20,000 bases of DNA from Psammoneis japonica. Its lineage: Eukaryota. Location of the stretch: contig QPGO01000060.1 of assembly GCA_008632985.1 (NCBI GenBank), forward strand, positions 416,415 through 436,414. Reading direction: 5' to 3'. The position numbers were made by a program, and so were the translations under genes. This document shows, piece after piece, positions 1 to 9,038 of this stretch (positions within the stretch are counted from its first letter, which is position 1; each line of letters starts with the position of its first letter). Below the pieces are notes generated by a model. The model did not search any database, was not told the origin of the DNA, and saw only the letters and a list, made by a program, of their open reading frames with translations.

Positions 1-74
1 CCCTTCAAAGATGTTGCGAATCTGCCGTTGGCGTCCCCAAGGCGACGACGAGTTTGTCGATTGAACATGCCCCG

Positions 75-3000
75 CTATATATGAAACGCAGCACGGGCGA
101 CAATATTACAGACGATAGCAGCCTTGCTACCGAATGACTTCAATCTACTCTGTTCGTTGGACTCGGCATCTTCGTTCTTCTCGGAGTTTGAGGCGTTTTC
201 ATCGTTCTCAAACGAGCTGGAATCCTCTATATCATGCGTCTCGGATGATTTGGATTTCAAAGATGCCAAACGACCAACTAATCGCTTCCGAGAACCTCTA
301 TCAAGAGTTACAGATCCAGTGTCTGACCGAGGGGAGCGTGGAGCGCGGGCATCACTTCCATTCAACACCTGTTTAGAATTTTCAACTGGATCCAACTTGC
401 GTGATATCATTCTCAATGATTCCAAGCTTTCAGCCCGGGCGCTCTTTATTTTCTCGGAACCAAGGTTGAGTTGGCTATCAGGTCTTAGAGAATGGCCTGT
501 TTCCCCACGTAATCTCTCGTTTGGATTTCTCATCATACCTGCACCAAACGGAGTATCTTTCGTCTCATCTCTTTGATCAGTCTCGCTATTGAGCATTCCT
601 CCTCCGAGCGCACCTGGCTGGGATGGAAACTGCGTCACTCCCTCTGCCTTTTTAAGATCAGGCAGGCCAGTTGCTTTTTCTTTTGCTAGGTTTAGCGTGT
701 CCTTTGCGGGATCGATGGAGGAAAACGAGCTCGGAAACGAGGTGGCCGACTCCTCTCCTCCTTCAGTCTCGCCAGAGCCGGAAAGTCGCGACTCGGCCGT
801 CTTTTGAAACATACCTCCGCCAAGTGCACCTGGCTGGGATGGAAACTGCTTCACCCCTTCTGCCTTTTTGAGTCCAGGGAAGCTACTTGACTTTTCCTTT
901 GCTACCTTCATCGCATTCTTTGCAGGATGATCGCTCGAGGAAAACGAACTCGGAAATGAAGTGGTCGATTTCTCTCCTTTTTCGGTAGCGCCGGAAAGTT
1001 GTGACTCAGTCGTCTTTTGAAACATGCCACCACCCAGCGCACCTGGGTTGTCCGACGCGCTAGCCTTCGGTTCTGACTTTCCGTTCTTATCAAACGTTTG
1101 AATCGGCTTCTTCAGCATGTTACTACCGAATGTACTTGGCTTCTGCGTAAACGAGATCAGTGGCTCTGTCTTCCCGTTCTTAACCGGTGTCTCGAAAGGA
1201 TTCTTTTGCGTACTACTTGGGAAAGAACTTGGCTTGTTCTCAATGGAGCTCAATGGCTGAGTCTTCCCGTTCAAAGCCGGTGACTCAAACGGACTCTTCG
1301 ACATGCTACTCCCGAAGGAACCTGGCTTTGACGGCTGAGTCGTTCCTGACTCAAATGACATCTTTTGCGCACTGCTAGGACCGAGTGAGCCTGATCCATC
1401 TTTTGTCGAATTCAACGGATCCGTCTTCCCGTTCGCACTTGTTGAATCAAACGGGCTCTTCAGAGTATTTCCGCCGAACGAACCTTGCTTTAGAGGTTGT
1501 TTTTCCCCGCCAGCGTTCGATGCTCCACTATTAAATGCGCCCGGTATGCCAGTCCCTAACTCCCCTGGTTTGGCCTTTTCGTTCCGTAATGATACATCCG
1601 GTGTCTCGATCGATTTATTATTCAACATCTCCCCATTGAGAGCACCTGGCTGATTTGTCGGTGAAGGAAAAGGTGCGGCTTTCCCGGTCGTAGCGGATGG
1701 AAAGCTCGGATTTCTAGCTCTTCCAACATTCGTTGAACTCAGTGGATCTAAAGACCCATTCCGATTTTCCTTTCCTATGGTCGCCACAGGAGACCCGGTC
1801 GTTTGCAGTGGTATTCCACCACCTGCTTGATTTTGCATTGCAGTGGGATTTGTTGGCCGTATGGTACTTGACGGTTGCGAGTTCTTAGGTATTCCTCCAC
1901 CTGCTTGATTCTGCATTCTAGACGGAGGCGATTTCTGTACGGGGTTGGGCGATTGCGCGTTGTTCGATATTCCGCCGCCGGTTTGATTCTGCATTGCACT
2001 CGGAGGCGCTCCAGTATTCGGCGCTTGGGCGCTGTTTGGTAATCCACTAAAAGATCGATTTTGCGTTTCTTTTGGAGGCGTCGTCGCTCCAGTATTAGGC
2101 GATTGCGTGTTGCTCGGCATTCCAGTGCCTGCTTGACTTTGCATTGCGGTTAGAGGTGTTGTCTGCACGGCATTAGACGATTGCGCATTGTTCGGAATTC
2201 CACCACCAGGTTGATTCTGTATGGCGGATGGTGGCGTCGCCACTCCCGCATTAGGTAGTTGTGCGCTATTTGGTATTCCGCCGCCAACCTGATTTGGAAT
2301 TCCAGACGGAGGCCGTTTCTCTTCGGGTTCACCAGGCAATCGGGCGTTAAACTTTTCAAAAGGATTTCTCGGTTTAGGCGGAGGCTGTGCTGGATTGGAA
2401 GTCTGACTTTGAGACGGAAGACCTGGCTGCATATTATTCGGTTGTTGCTGCGCCATGGTCTTTACAGCGTGCTCTGTCATTTGTGTGGCCATTTCCTTTG
2501 CCATTTTCATCATCATTTCCATATCAACATCATTCCTCTCCTTTCCCAGCTGTGAAGGAATAGGAGGGGGCGGTGGCTTCGGCGGTGCCTTCTTTACTGG
2601 TTGTTTCGCTATCATTGCTGCTTCTCTTGCCTTTTTCATCCCCATTTTAACGGCATAAATCTTTGCTTCTTTGGAAGGACCAAGCCTCCTTGCTTTTTCC
2701 TCCGCAAGTCTCGATGCTAGTGCCGCGGCTACCTTTACGATATCATCTTCGGTAGACATTGGAGTGGGCTTCCCAATCATAGCCTCATCCGAAACGGCTT
2801 TTGCCGCTACTGCAATCTGCTCCTTGGGACTGAGCTTTTGAAATTCAACATCCTGGGCCATTTTATCCATGTACTGGAGCGCTTTCAGTACTTCTTCGTC
2901 TTCGTCCCTGACCGCTTCAACAGTGATTGCCTCTGATATGAGTGACGCTTCAGGTGACAACGCCGGTGGCTTTTTGTAATCTGCATACTTATTTCCTCCC

Positions 3001-3743
3001 TTTGAGATTGACCACCACGGGATTTCTTCCTCATCAGCAGTAAACAAACCTGCTCCCAAACCGCCGAAAGAATGTTTCGGTGGGGGCAAATTGCCTGATT
3101 CCTGTCTAGGAGGGGGCAACCCTGTTGGTATCACGGGCGGCTTCGAGGATGAGGTGGTAAAGACCGGTGTACTTGTTGCAGACTGTGTCCGTTGTTGTGG
3201 ATAATTCGCCCCTTGGATCGGATGAACGGCTTCACCGGATTGAATATCTTCGCTCGTGCCCCCCTTTGCGATGAAATCTCGATCCTCTGCCGATTTCGTA
3301 TGCCAATTCTTATCTGCCCCACCCGGTTTAGCCCATGATGGCATCCTGTATTTTACACCACCATAGTCCTTTGGCTCGTCCAGATCGGGAACACTTTGTT
3401 CCTCACCTCCATAAAATTGATCTCCACCTCCATAAAATTCTTCGGAAGCAGTATTTTGATCCCCCATGTTGCTGCTAATGTGATCCCCCATATCACTACT
3501 TTGCCCCTCCTGAGCCCATGCAGCATTACTATATAATGATTCAAACGAGGTGCTTTGGCTCTGATCGGCTCCTGCGTAATTCTCCGGATCTTCCTGATTG
3601 TTTGTGGAAAGCGAATCAGCGAAATTCGAGATGAAGCATCGCGTCCAGAATCTGCTCAATTTCCCTGCCGGCACAAAAGCATCTGATGACTGTGATGAAT
3701 AAGTCATCAGCATTACTGAGAGTGCATATGACCACCGACCCAT
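75..3743 (-). CDS. Large low-complexity (P/S/G/Q/N-rich) repeat protein with signal peptide and putative plastid transit peptide; paralog of the 4593-7517 gene
   Basis: Uninterrupted 1222-aa ORF. N-terminus MGRWSYALSVMLMTYSSQSSDA|FVP resembles the diatom ASA|FAP cleavage motif. Contains three internal repeat families and one copy of the helical module also found in the neighbour. The 3' end may be spliced and continue beyond position 1. Confidence 0.85.
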   Translation of the reverse strand: MGRWSYALSVMLMTYSSQSSDAFVPAGKLSRFWTRCFISNFADSLSTNNQEDPENYAGADQSQSTSFESLYSNAAWAQEGQSSDMGDHISSNMGDQNTASEEFYGGGDQFYGGEEQSVPDLDEPKDYGGVKYRMPSWAKPGGADKNWHTKSAEDRDFIAKGGTSEDIQSGEAVHPIQGANYPQQRTQSATSTPVFTTSSSKPPVIPTGLPPPRQESGNLPPPKHSFGGLGAGLFTADEEEIPWWSISKGGNKYADYKKPPALSPEASLISEAITVEAVRDEDEEVLKALQYMDKMAQDVEFQKLSPKEQIAVAAKAVSDEAMIGKPTPMSTEDDIVKVAAALASRLAEEKARRLGPSKEAKIYAVKMGMKKAREAAMIAKQPVKKAPPKPPPPPIPSQLGKERNDVDMEMMMKMAKEMATQMTEHAVKTMAQQQPNNMQPGLPSQSQTSNPAQPPPKPRNPFEKFNARLPGEPEEKRPPSGIPNQVGGGIPNSAQLPNAGVATPPSAIQNQPGGGIPNNAQSSNAVQTTPLTAMQSQAGTGMPSNTQSPNTGATTPPKETQNRSFSGLPNSAQAPNTGAPPSAMQNQTGGGISNNAQSPNPVQKSPPSRMQNQAGGGIPKNSQPSSTIRPTNPTAMQNQAGGGIPLQTTGSPVATIGKENRNGSLDPLSSTNVGRARNPSFPSATTGKAAPFPSPTNQPGALNGEMLNNKSIETPDVSLRNEKAKPGELGTGIPGAFNSGASNAGGEKQPLKQGSFGGNTLKSPFDSTSANGKTDPLNSTKDGSGSLGPSSAQKMSFESGTTQPSKPGSFGSSMSKSPFESPALNGKTQPLSSIENKPSSFPSSTQKNPFETPVKNGKTEPLISFTQKPSTFGSNMLKKPIQTFDKNGKSEPKASASDNPGALGGGMFQKTTESQLSGATEKGEKSTTSFPSSFSSSDHPAKNAMKVAKEKSSSFPGLKKAEGVKQFPSQPGALGGGMFQKTAESRLSGSGETEGGEESATSFPSSFSSIDPAKDTLNLAKEKATGLPDLKKAEGVTQFPSQPGALGGGMLNSETDQRDETKDTPFGAGMMRNPNERLRGETGHSLRPDSQLNLGSEKIKSARAESLESLRMISRKLDPVENSKQVLNGSDARAPRSPRSDTGSVTLDRGSRKRLVGRLASLKSKSSETHDIEDSSSFENDENASNSEKNEDAESNEQSRLKSFGSKAAIVCNIVARAAFHI
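590..1050 (-). repeat. Coding tandem repeat, ~70-aa unit (PGALGGGMFQKT.ES.LSG...TSFPSSFSS..PAK....AKEK...P.LKKAEGV.QFPSQ), 2 full copies plus a partial
   Basis: Seen in the translation. Also visible in DNA, e.g. gcacctggctgggatggaaactgc occurs near both 610 and 826. Confidence 0.9.
1070..1485 (-). repeat. Coding repeat, ~31-aa unit (SFGS...K.PFE....NGKT.PL.S), about 4-5 degenerate copies
   Basis: KSPFDSTSANGKTDPL, KSPFESPALNGKTQPL, KNPFETPVKNGKTEPL and KKPIQTFDKNGKSEP in the 1222-aa ORF. Confidence 0.85.
1803..2310 (-). repeat. Coding repeat, ~26-aa unit (MQNQAGGGIP.NAQSPN....TPP.A), 6 copies plus a partial
   Basis: IPNQVGGGIP, IQNQPGGGIP, MQSQAGTGMP, TQNRSFSGLP, MQNQTGGGIS and MQNQAGGGIP (twice), spaced about 26 aa apart. 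Confidence 0.9.
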
Positions 3744-4592
3744 CTCGTATTGCTGTTGCTACAGTACAGTTTGGTTTCACAGAACACGATTCTCTTTCGG
3801 ATGTCTCGTTGTTGCTGACGGCAGTTGATCGTTTCTTTTTTTACGCGGCAAATCCACGGTGCGCACCGTTGCATGTGTTAACGTTCATATGTGCATCGTG
3901 AATGAATATAAAATAATAACGTGTCGGAAAAAGAGGAATGACGTTAGCGAGGAATTTTGGCGATACTTCAACTGATTGGCTAAAAAAATTGACATACGTC
4001 ACATACAGAAACAAAGACATCACTGCAATTGCCCCTGCAACTCATGCGCACGAAATCTCAACGGATGACGGACAGATCTTCGAGGACCAAACGACCTTGA
4101 ACCTCACCTAAAGTACCTACGGTATCATACCCTTATATGGTAAGAGTGCAATGGAAGCAATCAAGTGACGCAACATAATATGTATTATAAAACCGACTAG
4201 TCGTAGTTCCCGCATCGCTGGTCGCTACTGCATATACTCTACGTTCTACTCATTTGCAAAGCGTGTGAACGCCAATAACTGTCCCACTCTGAACGGTTGG
4301 CTGACGAGCGAAAAGCCCTCTTGTCAATATACTCACACATTTCACATTGAACACCGCACACAAACACACTGATCTTCATTTCGTCCCAAAAGCCTGCTGC
4401 AAGAGTCAACTTCACGATTTAAAAAGTGACTACACAAATCCCAATCCCGCGTGGTTTCGTAACAACTGTCCTGTGATTACCATGTACGCCTATCGAGTCT
4501 CCACTCTAAATTTCAATTTTGGGTGGTACCATTGGCAAAAAGGGTCCAGTAGTGCAATAAAAGGGTCAGACACCCCACCACCAGGACATCAA

Positions 4593-7517
4593 CTACGGCG
4601 CAACATCCTTCATGCCGCCCTTCATATCATCATCGTGACGTTTCTTGAGAAACTTTGATATTCGAGACGCCATTCCTTTAGTCTCGATACTGTTTGTTTG
4701 CTTATGGGATTTGGCAGTCGCGTCGTTTGATGGAGGAGACTTTGGTTCTGGGGTGCCATTAATTGCCGCTGCATTTGCTTTTGCAGCTTCGTCTAGCTTT
4801 GGCGGTTTCTCTGGCTTCGCGGCTTCCTTTTTCTGCGGTGGCTCTCTCCAGAAGGTTTCAGCTCCATAAATGGGGCTCTCGGCACCAAACTCTGGAGTCA
4901 ACACGTCTGGTTCGGCTTTTTCAACAACCTGTGGAAACGGATTAACATTCTTGGACATTCGCACAGAGGCCACCGCCGCAGCAACACGTTCTTCCGTGCT
5001 CATTTGACGAAACTCCTCATTGTCCGCCATTTTCTCCATAAACAGCTTCAAGGCTGCCGCAACCTCTTCCTGCTTTTCCTTTTCATCGAGGGGAGTGTGT
5101 GGCACCAATGAGTCCTGGCCGGTATTATCTGGCATTCGTGGTGTCAACAGCGCCTGTCCTGTTCTTCCTTCCAAAGGATCGTCGGGTTTCAAAGATGAAG
5201 CCTTTTTCTCGTTTTGTCTTGTAATATGAGGGGGTGGTCCTGTATGCTCATTCGTGTCAACCACAAACGCCTCTGGCTGCGGCGACGCGCTCAAGCGTCG
5301 ACGATCCATGACATGATTAGGCTGCATCAAACCCGTCGGCACAGTGCTACTACCTCGGCGCACCGCCGCAGCGGCATAGGCAACCCGCTGATCAAACGGG
5401 AGCCGCTGAAACTCGGCATTGTTTGCCATTTTCTGCATGAAAAAGTCCAAAGCCGCCGAAACCTCATCGTCCGAAGCGTCATCATTCCCAGGTAGATACT
5501 TTGGTTCACCGCGTCTTCCGTTTCTTGCCTCGTGCGACGCAATCCGTTGACGCACCGCGTTGGCAGCATAGGCAACGCGCTGCTCAAAACTCATTTGCTG
5601 GAATCTGCCGTCCTCTGCCATTAGCTTCATTAAATCCAACGCGGCAGCCAGCTCGTCGTCTGGGACATCAACCTGTCCATAGACATGCTGTACACATTGT
5701 TGGGGTGGCGCTTGTGAGGCATCAAACTTTGGAGGATCGGCTGGTAAAGAGGATGCAAGATTGTGGTGCTTGGGTGGTGGCGACTTTGGAGTGTCAATAG
5801 TGTCGTCAAAGGATGGTGCATCAGGAGAGAGCGACGCGGGAAGCTTGTGTCGTACGGGCGGCGGAGGCTTTACCGTAGGTACGTCTAACCTTGGAGCATC
5901 CGCCGATAGTGACATGGGCAACTTGCGCTCTCTTGCTGGAGGCCGTTGCAACAAATGCTCAGGAACGTCACAAAGTGGTGGATCCGGCCTGAGCGACGCC
6001 GCAATCTGCAAGCCATCGCCAAATCTGGGCGCCTGCACCGTGTGCGGCATTCCGTATTCTGGTCCAGCCACATCCTGTGGTTCATACACCACGCCGTACA
6101 TTTGAGGATCCGGAGGAAACTCGGGTATCCATTCCTGCTCTTCTTGCAGGCGCTGCTGTTGGTATTGCTGTTGCTGATGATACTGTTGCTGCTGGTAGAA
6201 CTGTTGCTGCTGAAACTGCTGTGGCGGCGGCGCGCGCGTGTATTGCTGATATATTTGTTGAGCAGACAAATTGTCACCCATTTTGGGAGCATCTGGTGTT
6301 AGAGACACTGGCATGGTAGGCCTATACCTCTTGGCAGTGGTTGGCGGCCCATTAATGTGCTCCTTTTGATCGCACATGGGCAAATCGGCCGACAGTCCAG
6401 CCGGCATTTCGGGTGGACGTGGCGGCTGCATTGGTGGCTGTAGTGGCGGCTGCGGTGGTTGAGAATGGTAGGCTCCGTCAAAGCGTGGATCGTGCGCCTG
6501 TTGTTGTGACTGTATGCCTCGGGCATAGACCGAATGGTCCACTCGAGATGGATCACGCCATAGAGTCGTGGGCACCCTGCGTTGCTTTGGCTGAGTAACA
6601 AAGTCCGACCGGTCAATTTTGGGCGCGTCGGGTGGAATCGACCGGTGTGCTTGCGTCGAAGAAAAGCGCTCTTGATTGTGACGAGGTTCGGGAGTCCGAT
6701 GTGCCTCGTGAGGCATCCACTCTTCTGGTACAACATGGTAGTCCTTACCATTCTCGGGTCGGTACGGCGACTGTGACTCGGCCCAGTGCTTTCGAGCTGG
6801 TACAACGTTCGGATGAATTGGCTCGTCTTCATCCCTCAAGAGCCTTGGTTCATCGTGTTGAATCGTGGGGGTCTTTGGCAAGTTGCGTCCGCCACCACCC
6901 GTGCCATTGCGGTGCAACTGATTCCACCGATTGTACATGGCATCACCAGCCTTGTGCGCCCATTCGGGAACCTTGTACTCAGCTTCCACCTTTGGTGGCT
7001 TGGGAATGTCTTCGTCTTCGTCGTCGTCTTCTTTCATGACGGGTATCGGCACGGGTGCGGGTGCCGGAGGAGGCGTGTACTCGACCGTAAGCGGAGGGTC
7101 ATCCTCGCCTGAAATCACAGACATTTGTGCGTCTTCCGCCATGGCCATTTGAACCCACTCAGGCAGGTTGGGATCAATTTCAGGCATGACTGGAACCTTA
7201 TTTCCCTTGTCTTCCTCAGAGATGATGGCGGTGCCACCGTTAATCTCAATGTCATGGCGCGGAGGAGGATCGGCAGACAACACATCATGGTTTTGCTTTT
7301 CAATATCGTCGGCTTTCGAAACATAATCGGCAGCCATTCTCTGAATCCAATCGGGAATGTCTTCACCCTCTGGTTGAGGATGATTTCCCGAAAGAGAATC
7401 GGCATAGGTTCCGAGAAAGAAGCAGCTCCTTGTACGGCATGATAGCGATGACGGTACAAAAGCGTGTGATGTCGGAAGCAGAAGGAGGACTGAAAGTGCG
7501 TACGACCACCGGCCCAT
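4593..7517 (-). CDS. Proline-rich, largely disordered repeat protein with signal peptide and putative plastid transit peptide; paralog of the 75-3743 gene
   Basis: Uninterrupted 974-aa ORF. N-terminus MGRWSYALSVLLLLPTSHA|FVPSSLSCRTRSCF is a hydrophobic stretch, an A|F cleavage site and an S/R-rich segment. Contains SLxxDxP repeats, a Q/Y tract and three helical modules. Confidence 0.88.
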   Translation of the reverse strand: MGRWSYALSVLLLLPTSHAFVPSSLSCRTRSCFFLGTYADSLSGNHPQPEGEDIPDWIQRMAADYVSKADDIEKQNHDVLSADPPPRHDIEINGGTAIISEEDKGNKVPVMPEIDPNLPEWVQMAMAEDAQMSVISGEDDPPLTVEYTPPPAPAPVPIPVMKEDDDEDEDIPKPPKVEAEYKVPEWAHKAGDAMYNRWNQLHRNGTGGGGRNLPKTPTIQHDEPRLLRDEDEPIHPNVVPARKHWAESQSPYRPENGKDYHVVPEEWMPHEAHRTPEPRHNQERFSSTQAHRSIPPDAPKIDRSDFVTQPKQRRVPTTLWRDPSRVDHSVYARGIQSQQQAHDPRFDGAYHSQPPQPPLQPPMQPPRPPEMPAGLSADLPMCDQKEHINGPPTTAKRYRPTMPVSLTPDAPKMGDNLSAQQIYQQYTRAPPPQQFQQQQFYQQQQYHQQQQYQQQRLQEEQEWIPEFPPDPQMYGVVYEPQDVAGPEYGMPHTVQAPRFGDGLQIAASLRPDPPLCDVPEHLLQRPPARERKLPMSLSADAPRLDVPTVKPPPPVRHKLPASLSPDAPSFDDTIDTPKSPPPKHHNLASSLPADPPKFDASQAPPQQCVQHVYGQVDVPDDELAAALDLMKLMAEDGRFQQMSFEQRVAYAANAVRQRIASHEARNGRRGEPKYLPGNDDASDDEVSAALDFFMQKMANNAEFQRLPFDQRVAYAAAAVRRGSSTVPTGLMQPNHVMDRRRLSASPQPEAFVVDTNEHTGPPPHITRQNEKKASSLKPDDPLEGRTGQALLTPRMPDNTGQDSLVPHTPLDEKEKQEEVAAALKLFMEKMADNEEFRQMSTEERVAAAVASVRMSKNVNPFPQVVEKAEPDVLTPEFGAESPIYGAETFWREPPQKKEAAKPEKPPKLDEAAKANAAAINGTPEPKSPPSNDATAKSHKQTNSIETKGMASRISKFLKKRHDDDMKGGMKDVAP
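4959..5660 (-). repeat. Three copies of a ~37-aa predicted helical module (E.AAAL..(F)M..MA....F.......RVA.A...VR)
   Basis: Copies at about 5550-5660, 5358-5471 and 4959-5069. A related copy, DEEVLKALQYMDKMAQDVEFQKLSPKEQIAVAAKAVS, lies at about 2789-2900 in the paralog. Confidence 0.88.
5720..6640 (-). repeat. Dispersed short motif (S/G)L(S/T/R/P)(P/A)D(A/P/L)P..D, about 7 copies, plus a polyQ/Y tract at about 6150-6220
   Basis: SIPPDAPKID, GLSADLPMCD, SLTPDAPKMGD, SLRPDPPLCD, SLSADAPRLD, SLSPDAPSFD and SLPADPPKFD. Outliers LSADPP and SLKPDDP occur elsewhere in the ORF. Confidence 0.85.
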
Positions 7518-8023
7518 CTTTTTGTACTGGATTTTTTTCGAGCTGCCTTTTTCTCAATCGGATAAACTACAGAAAGCGTTTTGCTGCTGCTTGTATGGCG
7601 TGTTGTTTTGTTGTTCTAATGACGGCTTTCGCCCATGAGCAAGAACGTAAACAACGTGATGATTGTAGAACAACCCATCACGGCTTCAACGGATGCCATA
7701 CCGATATCGCTAAATTTTTGGTACCAGGATTGCGTAGAATCTACACTGTTTCCCGCGCGAAAATCTTTTTTGCGATGACTGAATATATTTTATGGAACAG
7801 CATGAGGGGTGTTCCCGCCATCTGCTCCTTTGCGTAGAATTTGTACCACGCCCCACAGAAGCCCGCCTTTCCCAAACTTTTCTCGCGCGTTTCCCGTCGA
7901 TGGAATCGGTGAACGCACCTGACACGACGAACGACGACCCTCTCTGTCCCTTCGCTCACATCACGACTTTTTTGTGGCGATATACCATTCAAGTAACACG
8001 TGTATCACCCTTCACCTGTCGCT

Positions 8024-8710
8024 ATGAGTGAATCCGGTACGACAAAGCGCGTTGTGGACGACCAAGACAATGGTAGTCCCGAGAAAAAGAGGCGTGTGGA
8101 CGCAACCAGTTCCGCCGAGTCTGAACCTGACACCACTTGGTCTCTCGATATCCATCGAGAGTTTGTGAGGGGCATTTACGATGCAGGCATGAAACACTGT
8201 TCCCCAGCTGTCATTTTGGAAAACATGACGAATGAACACAAGAACGAATTGACGACGGAACGAATCAAGTCTCATTTGCAAAAATACCGAAAACGCAAAA
8301 ACAAGACCGAGGAAGAATTTGTGGATTCCTATCAAACATGGATCGAACAGCATGTCAATGCGCCGTTCATACCCAAATCGACACGAGAAAACCTGTCCAG
8401 TGGTGAGCGCGCTGGTTTCTTGACGTACATGACCCTGTGTGAACAGCAGAAAAGAAATCATCCTACACAACCAACGCAGAGGCAACAGCATCCACAGCAA
8501 CAACAACAACAGGGCACAATTCTTCACGCCACCAACCATAATAATCCAACCGTACAGATTCCAACCTTGACACTGGAGGAAATGCAAACACCCCTGGGAG
8601 AATCCATAATGCTTGTTTCGCGGCTACTTACATCCATGTCGAATCATGTGGCTGAAGAACGGGCACGGCGGCGACCACCACCACCCAACAACGGTTCAAA
8701 CCCAACGTGA
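8024..8710 (+). CDS. Myb-like (SHAQKYF-class / GARP G2-like) DNA-binding transcription factor
   Basis: WSLDIHREFVRGIYDAGMKHCSPAVILENM...LTTERIKSHLQKYR matches the W...H..F...G....P..I...M...LT...(I/V)KSHLQKYR signature. Has an NLS-like PEKKRR and a polyQ tract. First ATG is at 8024; the ORF track starts at a GTG at 8000. Confidence 0.92.
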   Translation: MSESGTTKRVVDDQDNGSPEKKRRVDATSSAESEPDTTWSLDIHREFVRGIYDAGMKHCSPAVILENMTNEHKNELTTERIKSHLQKYRKRKNKTEEEFVDSYQTWIEQHVNAPFIPKSTRENLSSGERAGFLTYMTLCEQQKRNHPTQPTQRQQHPQQQQQQGTILHATNHNNPTVQIPTLTLEEMQTPLGESIMLVSRLLTSMSNHVAEERARRRPPPPNNGSNPT

Positions 8711-9038
8711 GCATGCTGCAATGGGCAGAGAGCGATAACGTAGGGAAAGAGTGGTACGTTTAAGTTTACAAGGACTTTTGAAACATCAAATGCGACCCCT
8801 CGTTGCTCAACATTTCGATGCCTGCCCCATCCCTTATTTAGATTTTATCGATCGAAAATAAAACATAACATCGATCTACAGTTCACCGTTTGTCATTCCC
8901 CCGGAACACGTGTGGCGGTCCGTCCGACGACGTGGCAATGACGCATGCACGCAACGCGAAACGCGAAGCGACTTCATCTTCATGACGACGACTCGAGCAA
9001 AGATACAGCGACAATAATAACATGCTGTAGCCGTCGCG

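Noticed and set aside
590..2310. CRISPR-like array or non-coding satellite
   Set aside because: Repeats are degenerate, in-frame and conserved at protein level inside one ORF. There are no identical repeats with unique spacers.
3744..4592. Short ORFs or RNA gene in the spacer between the paralogs
   Set aside because: ORFs are short, several with non-ATG starts, and have no motifs. No tRNA or rRNA pattern was recognised.
75..7517. Silaffin, frustulin or adhesive cell-wall proteins
   Set aside because: No KxxK/poly-Ser silaffin repeats or Cys-rich frustulin domains. Phe at +1 after the predicted cleavage favours plastid import, although secretion is not excluded.
4645..7837. Antisense and alternate-frame ORFs over the 974-aa gene (likewise over the 1222-aa, Myb, SEL1, GST and TPR genes)
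   Set aside because: Shadow ORFs of real coding sequence with no domain features.
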